DNA of 64,000 nt from Eledone cirrhosa (taxonomy: Eukaryota): assembly GCA_964016885.1 (NCBI GenBank), contig OZ024742.1:58404001-58468000 (forward strand). Reading direction: 5' to 3'. Position numbers and translations under genes: made by a program. The notes under the pieces are model-generated. The model worked only from the letters and a program-made list of their open reading frames with translations. It did no database searches and was not told where the DNA came from. Shown piece after piece: positions 48,071 to 64,000 of this stretch. How positions within the stretch are numbered: the stretch's first letter is position 1; every line of letters starts with the position of its first letter.

Positions 48071-48429
48071 CCTGTCCAATGGGGAGATCTCCCACCCACT
48101 TCGGGGTGGGTGAGAGATGTCTTCTCTTGTGAAAATGGTTATAGCTTTCATTATGTAAAACCTCCCCTTTGCCTTTCATCCTTACGGGGGTCGATAAAAT
48201 AAAGTACCAGTAATGCACTGGGTAATTGCTGGCCTTGTGCCTAACGTAGAAACAATTATGTAAAACCTCCCCATTTTGCCTCATTTCTCCCTGTTTTTTG
48301 GCACTTTTTTTCATGGTACTCCGTTTGGGCTTTTAGAGATTGGCAAGTTTGGTTGTCTGAAAAACAGCACCCAAATATCCTTCCAAATGGGAAAGGAAAC
48401 CTGAATGTATCCCCTGCATTATAACAATC

Positions 48430-49180
48430 TGTACAATGCTCAGGTGCACTACAACTCTTTAAAGGTGCATGTATCGTACATAGAATAATGTACACATGTC
48501 AAGAAAGTAAACAGTGTATGAGTCAAGATATACACACAGACACATGCGTATGGTGGGGGAATATCAGGTGTAGTGTTAGTGAATTTCAGGAAGCATGGAA
48601 GTTTTGAAGGCTGCAGCTAATAACTGATGCAGGTAGTTTGTTCGATGCTTCAGCACCTCTAAGCATGAAAAAATGTTTCCGAAAGTCATGGGAGCTCTGT
48701 TTTCTGATTTTGTACCACAGGTGTTAGGCACATAGAATTCAAAAAGGTGCTCAGGGTTGTTGTTGGAAAGATGGATAATAATCTTGACATCGGAGCTTTA
48801 ATGTATCCATGCCCAGAGAAGCAAGGTGTTCAGAATATGGTAGATGCCTGATGGAAGGTATTCATTTGGTTGCAAGCAAGATATGGGTTCCACACTGGTG
48901 ATGCAAATTCTAAGCTTTAAATGGACAAAAGTCATACTGACACATTTGGCCTTCTTGACAATTTTAGAGATTTGCTTTGTCCAACACAAAACCGCTGTTG
49001 ACAATAATGCCCAGGTCACATTCACAAGACTTCTTGAGATTGTTGTGGAGGGAGTATGTGAACGCTGGATTTTTCCTCCTGAAATGCATGGTAGTACACT
49101 TGTCCACACCCAGCTCGAGTTGCCAGTCTGTAATCCATTGCTGCATATTACCCTACATCATCTTCCTGAATGTAGCCCTA
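48430..49180 (-). mobile_element. Degenerate CR1 LINE 3' portion
   Basis: QQWITDWQLELGVDKCTTMHF...ECDLGIIV; 3'UTR shared with the 32645 copy. Confidence 0.85.
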
Positions 49181-49229
49181 CATTATCTTCGGAAAGAAAA
49201 CCCCCGAGTGTATCCCTAAATCATCTTCC

Positions 49230-49600
49230 ACTCACGTTCTTTCATCCTGTGAGAGTCAGTGTTTTAAAATCAGCTCTAACCCCACTTGACCAAGTTTTCC
49301 TAAGTCATTCTCTACTGCAGCCTCCTTCCAATGGTATCTTCTGACACTTTGTCACCTAACAATCATCATCCATATTAATGCAGTTCTCTTGTACACTGCA
49401 TCTGATTATATCCGGTTCTGCACCATCATTCATGCATACTAACATGACATGACAAATGGAACATCCTTGATTGTATTTCTCTCCAGCTTCCACATATTCT
49501 GTATTTATTGCCCATATCTCACTGCCATGCAATACCACACTTTTCACTCAGGTATCATATAATCTACTCTTTGCTTGGAGAGAAAATGCCTTTGTAGTCA
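49230..49600 (-). mobile_element. Old RTE fragment
   Basis: KSVVLHGSEIWAINTE... remnant. Confidence 0.7.
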
Positions 49601-50264
49601 ACCAATACATTAAATTCCCACTGAAAAACTGTCCCAAGCCAACGGGTTCATTAGGCCAGTGCTTATCCAAGTTTCTTTGGCATTAAGCAACTAAGAGTAC
49701 AAGATTTCCCCACAGGACAGGATGCTAGTCAATTGCACGGTTAACTGCCACCTATTGTTGATACTTATTTTAAGCCAAGTGTACTGAAGCTACATGAAAT
49801 GACATGCTTTGCTCAAGAACACAATGTGCTGCCTAGTCCGGGGGATCGAACCCATGGCATTATGATTATAAGTGCAATACCCTAACCACTAGGTCACATA
49901 CCTTCACTAAATTCCCACTGAGCTTACTACTAATCTTGATCTTACTCTTAATGCATTCATACAGTTTAGAACCTTCCTGAGGTATTTCTTACAGGCCACA
50001 TGACTACTGAACATGTATTCAGTACATTACAACCACAGAATTTATCAGTCCTACACTTTGTTACTGTACCTCTTCTAGTCAATTACTTATAAATAAATGG
50101 ATACAGGATTAGTTATGTAGTTAAGAAGTTCACTTTGTAACCACGTGGCTTCAGGTTTGGTCCTACTGTGTGACACATTGGACAAATATATTCTAGTATA
50201 GTCTTAGTTTGACCAATACTTTGTGAGTAAATTTAGTAGACAGAGACAGTGAAGAAGTCTATCG

Positions 50265-50296
<32 letters not shown>

Positions 50297-51450
50297 ATTG
50301 CAACTTGCAACGAAGTATGTACAATGCTTTCACTAAAAGTTTTAGGCGTCCACAGTTGTGAGCAGATATAGACACTTACTTGAAACTTCCTCCTTTGATT
50401 CAATGAAACATTCAGGATGTGACAGCTGGAAGGTGATGGCTGTACCAGCACTGGACTGGTATTTACTTTATTGACCACAAAAGAACAAACATCAAAGTAG
50501 ACCTCAGCAGGATTTGGACTCAGAATGTTGGATATTTGTTTGTATTCTAACAACTGTCAAATCAACCTCCTAATTATATATCATTTAATGTCCACTTTCT
50601 TCACTAGCAGGGGTTGAAAGGGTCTTCATAGATTACGTCAATACTGACCTCTCACTTAGACCAGGAGCCTGCATCTTGCTTACATATGGTTCCATGCTCT
50701 ACCAAATGCATTTTAACATGGCACTAACACTAGGGAGGTTGTCATGTCTTTGACAACCGAAGGGACCTCACATCCCTTTTGGCATGGTTTCTACAGCTGG
50801 GTGCACTTAATATTGCCAAGTATCTCATATAGTTATATATTTATGTATGTGAATAGTTTCATATCCTACTAAACATAGTAATGGCAATGTGTACTCTTGG
50901 CTATATGCATCTAGTTTAGAATAGATGCACTGTATCCCTACATGTTAATAGGCAAATAAAAGCATTAGTGTCAGGAATGACATTTAACTATAAAATCTTG
51001 CCTAAAGTCACATCTAACCCATACCAGTATGGAGAAGTTGAGGAAAAAAAATAATGAATATGTGTGTGCAAACATGTGCATGTTTTGTGCATCTACATAT
51101 CAATAATTGTTTAAGTCCTACATAAACAATGTCCTGCAGCTTAGCAGTTTGACAAACATCAGCAATATACCACCATACTTAAAAATAAAGTGTAAGTTGG
51201 CATCAGGAAGAGGATCCAACAGTAGAAATACACTACCTCAAAAATGTGTCACTTAGCCTGGGCTAGTATGGAAAAGTGGATGTAAAAACAATGATGATAA
51301 AAATGACAAAGAAATATGTTGACACTAGAGATGACGAAGATAACGACAAAGGTGTTGACAACAATAAAGTTGATATTAAAGACAAAAATAACGACTCAGT
51401 GAATCTGTTGTAGTCAATACAAATAAATAGCAACAAAACTGTGTTTATAA

Positions 51451-51456
51451 TTTATT
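51451..51456 (-). terminator. Probable TPI polyadenylation signal AATAAA
   Basis: AATAAA on the minus strand about 240 nt after the TPI stop, followed by T/GT-rich sequence. Confidence 0.55.
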
Positions 51457-51693
51457 GATATAAATCATTTCAATTCACTTAAAATCTTTTATAGAAATAT
51501 GAAAATCTTGCCAGAGAATTGAGTGAATTGAATAGAATTAAAATGAAACTCGATTAGTCCTTGTATAATTCTTCTTCCATTGGGTCAAAAGAACAATTTT
51601 ACTTTTCTAAAAATCATTATGGTAAGCATCATTAAAGGCTTAGAAGAAATCAGGCGAGAGAGAGAGTAATGATTAATAGTCAAGTCAATCTTC

Positions 51694-61427
<9,734 letters not shown>

Positions 61428-63709
61428 CTGGATAAAGAAAATTTTAAAAAGAATGGCAAATAATTTAGTTTTCAAAATTATTCAATAATTTAACTCAACA
61501 TCCTGTACATCAAACCACTTTAGCAAAACAGTACTATAACAGCATCACATTAAATACTTAAGTCTTTAATATCACAAATTTTTACAATGATCTGTCCATT
61601 AGTAAAGATAATATAAACATTTAAATTAACAAACCACATTTGCAAGACATTCTTGATAAATGTAAAACAGCACTATGACTACATCACATGTGATGCAGTC
61701 AGTGTTGTTTTGTAATTTTCAAGAATATCTTACTAACAGTGTTACATGTGGTACACGATGTTAAGAATTAAAGAAGAACATGTAAATATACGAATTGGTT
61801 AAGAGTGTTGTCAAACGATTTCTGTAAGAATTGTCTGCGATTCAATTTTCCATAATAGCAATAATTTTTAGTTTAGAAATCTATTAAAGTGCCGAAATCT
61901 TTACATTTATTGTAATAGTAAATGTGTTAAAGCACTTTTATTAAATTAGACACATATTCCGCTACTTGCCAATTTTCCAAATCTGCCTTATTACTTTATT
62001 TATTTAAGACCTACTTTGTCCTTTATTACTAAATTTTCTGGGTTGGCAATTTTAAAAGGCAATCCTACAGAATGGCGTCGTAAATCGCTGGCAATAGAAA
62101 TAAAATAAAAATCCTCAGTAAAATGAATTTAAAGTAATTATTTTGCTCATATCACTTAAATTACTTTTTATTTTAATGCTTATTTATAACAAAAAATTCA
62201 CAAAGAAATCATATGGAATTTAGCAGAAAATCAGTTGCGTGTTTCATAACAACCTGGTTCTGGGTTTAGTCCCACAGCGCAGCACCTTGGGTTGACAAAT
62301 GTGTAAAATTTAGTAGATGGAAACTGCAGACGTCTATTTAGTGTATATGCACCCCCGTGTTTATGCTCCGTAACACAAAAAAAAAAAAAAAAAAAAAAAA
62401 AGAGATCGATAATATACTCTCAGGTCCCGAATAATGATTTCTACTATAGGCACAGGGCCAGCAATTTTTGGGGCGGGGGAAAGTCGATCAGATCGACTCC
62501 AGTGCATTTCTGGTGCTTTATTTTATCGACCCCGTAAGGATGAAAGACAAAGTTAACCTCGGTGGGATTTGAACTCAGATCATAAAGGGGCGTAACTATG
62601 CTTCAAAGCATGGTGTCCGACGCTCTACCAATACTCCCAATCCACCGTCTAGGTCCCAAATAATAAGGGGGTAGAATCAGAGGGGTAACTAGGGCATGGA
62701 AAGCATGGCACGTGCCACGGGCGTCACTTGGACTAGGAACACGTTTTATTAAAGTCAAATAAGTTTCGCCGGAGAGTGAAAAAAGAAACTCCTTAAATGT
62801 GTGATCTGTCTCTTATTATCATGGGTGAGAACACTATGGTGGTTGAATCATTAAACCATTTATATAAATTATTAGGCTCATAGGTAAAAATACAGTGCTG
62901 GACAGAGGCGGAATTTCACTGCTTCCCATAAGCGCTATTTTTCCATGTTATGCCTCTAGGTAGAATAAGTAGTGGGTTGGAAAATCGAAAATTTTTCTAG
63001 GTCGTCTCCTTGGATTTTTTAAAACCAGAATTAGTCGTTAAGTTTACACATTGAGACCTCAACCCATCCTATTTATTTCATAATGTATGAGATTTCTTGT
63101 AATGTTCTTTTTTTTATCATATATAATGTTTATCAATTTCTAAAGAAAATTCATTTTCGCAGGCAATGCTACCACTTAAAATAAAATTTCGCCGGAAATA
63201 AATTAGCAAAATTTAATAAACGGGACGATTATTCAAGACCCGAGAGTAAGTATAAGAATTATTATAATAATAATAATGAAATTATTCTGTACAATGCTCA
63301 GGTGCACTACAACTCATCAAAGGTGCATGTATAGTACATAGAATAATGTACAAATGTCAGAAAAGTGAACAGTGTATGAGTCATGATATACATGTGTGCG
63401 TGTTATGGGTTGATATGACCGTCACATGAAGGTGGTAAACCGGAATGGCCTCAGTCTAATGACTGAAACCAGTAAAACATGAAAAAGAGAAATATTAAAC
63501 CAATAAAAGAATAAAAGCATATATATTGGGGGAGGGGGGTTCAATTGGAAATTGTTTAAAATCTGTAACTGCCTGTCAAGTTTTCAATTCAGCTAAATAA
63601 ATAAAAAGCAGAATTTATGAAAGTTAGCGGCTTCATAGAATTTTTTTGAAAATAGAAAAATAGTCTGAATAATAGGACATATAAACCCCTTTAACGGAAA
63701 AAATAGACA

Positions 63710-63772
63710 GCACCAGCGGGCTTCGAACCCACTTCTTCATGCTTGTCGGGCTGATATGCTATCATTATACCT
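63710..63772 (-). pseudogene. tRNA-like remnant or SINE head
   Basis: GGTATAATGATAGC A-box-like and GGTTCGAAGCCC B-box-like motifs; poor anticodon and acceptor stems. Confidence 0.3.
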
Positions 63773-64000
63773 CTAACTTTCAAATTTCGCTCATCGTTTC
63801 TAAACACGTTCGTAGATAAAAACAATTTGAAGTGTTAATGTATTTTTTTTCTCTAAGACAGTAATGAGAACACGTAACGATGTAACGATGAATCAAGGAA
63901 CCGGATTAAGTAACTTTAGATTTCCTATACAATAAGACTGCCGGTAAAAGGGCGAAAAAGATCCGCCGTACACTCAATCTAATAATCTAAAATTTATGTT

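Overview
AT-rich, microsatellite- and transposon-dense animal genomic DNA. The SINE/LINE repertoire and intron structure suggest a cephalopod (Octopus-like); this is inference. Two spliced housekeeping genes lie on the minus strand. RGP1 (RAB6A-GEF partner) is complete: 8 coding exons at 29311-40063, 390 aa, with probable 5'UTR exons up to about 46.9 kb. Triosephosphate isomerase (TPI) has coding exons 2 to last at 51694-61427; exon 1 was not found and is presumably beyond the window. The rest is mobile DNA: a young 5'-truncated RTE LINE with an uninterrupted RT plus PHD-like finger ORF, other RTE and CR1 fragments, two tRNA-derived SINE families, a 2-kb non-autonomous LTR element with an unusually long tRNA-Trp primer site, two head-to-head Penelope-like remnants each with a hammerhead motif, Helitrons, a pogo remnant, MITEs, and a foldback family whose spacer is an expandable telomere-like or hexamer array. 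A candidate pseudoknotted structured RNA lies at about 22.2-22.7 kb. Exon, LTR and ribozyme coordinates were read by hand; other repeat boundaries are approximate.
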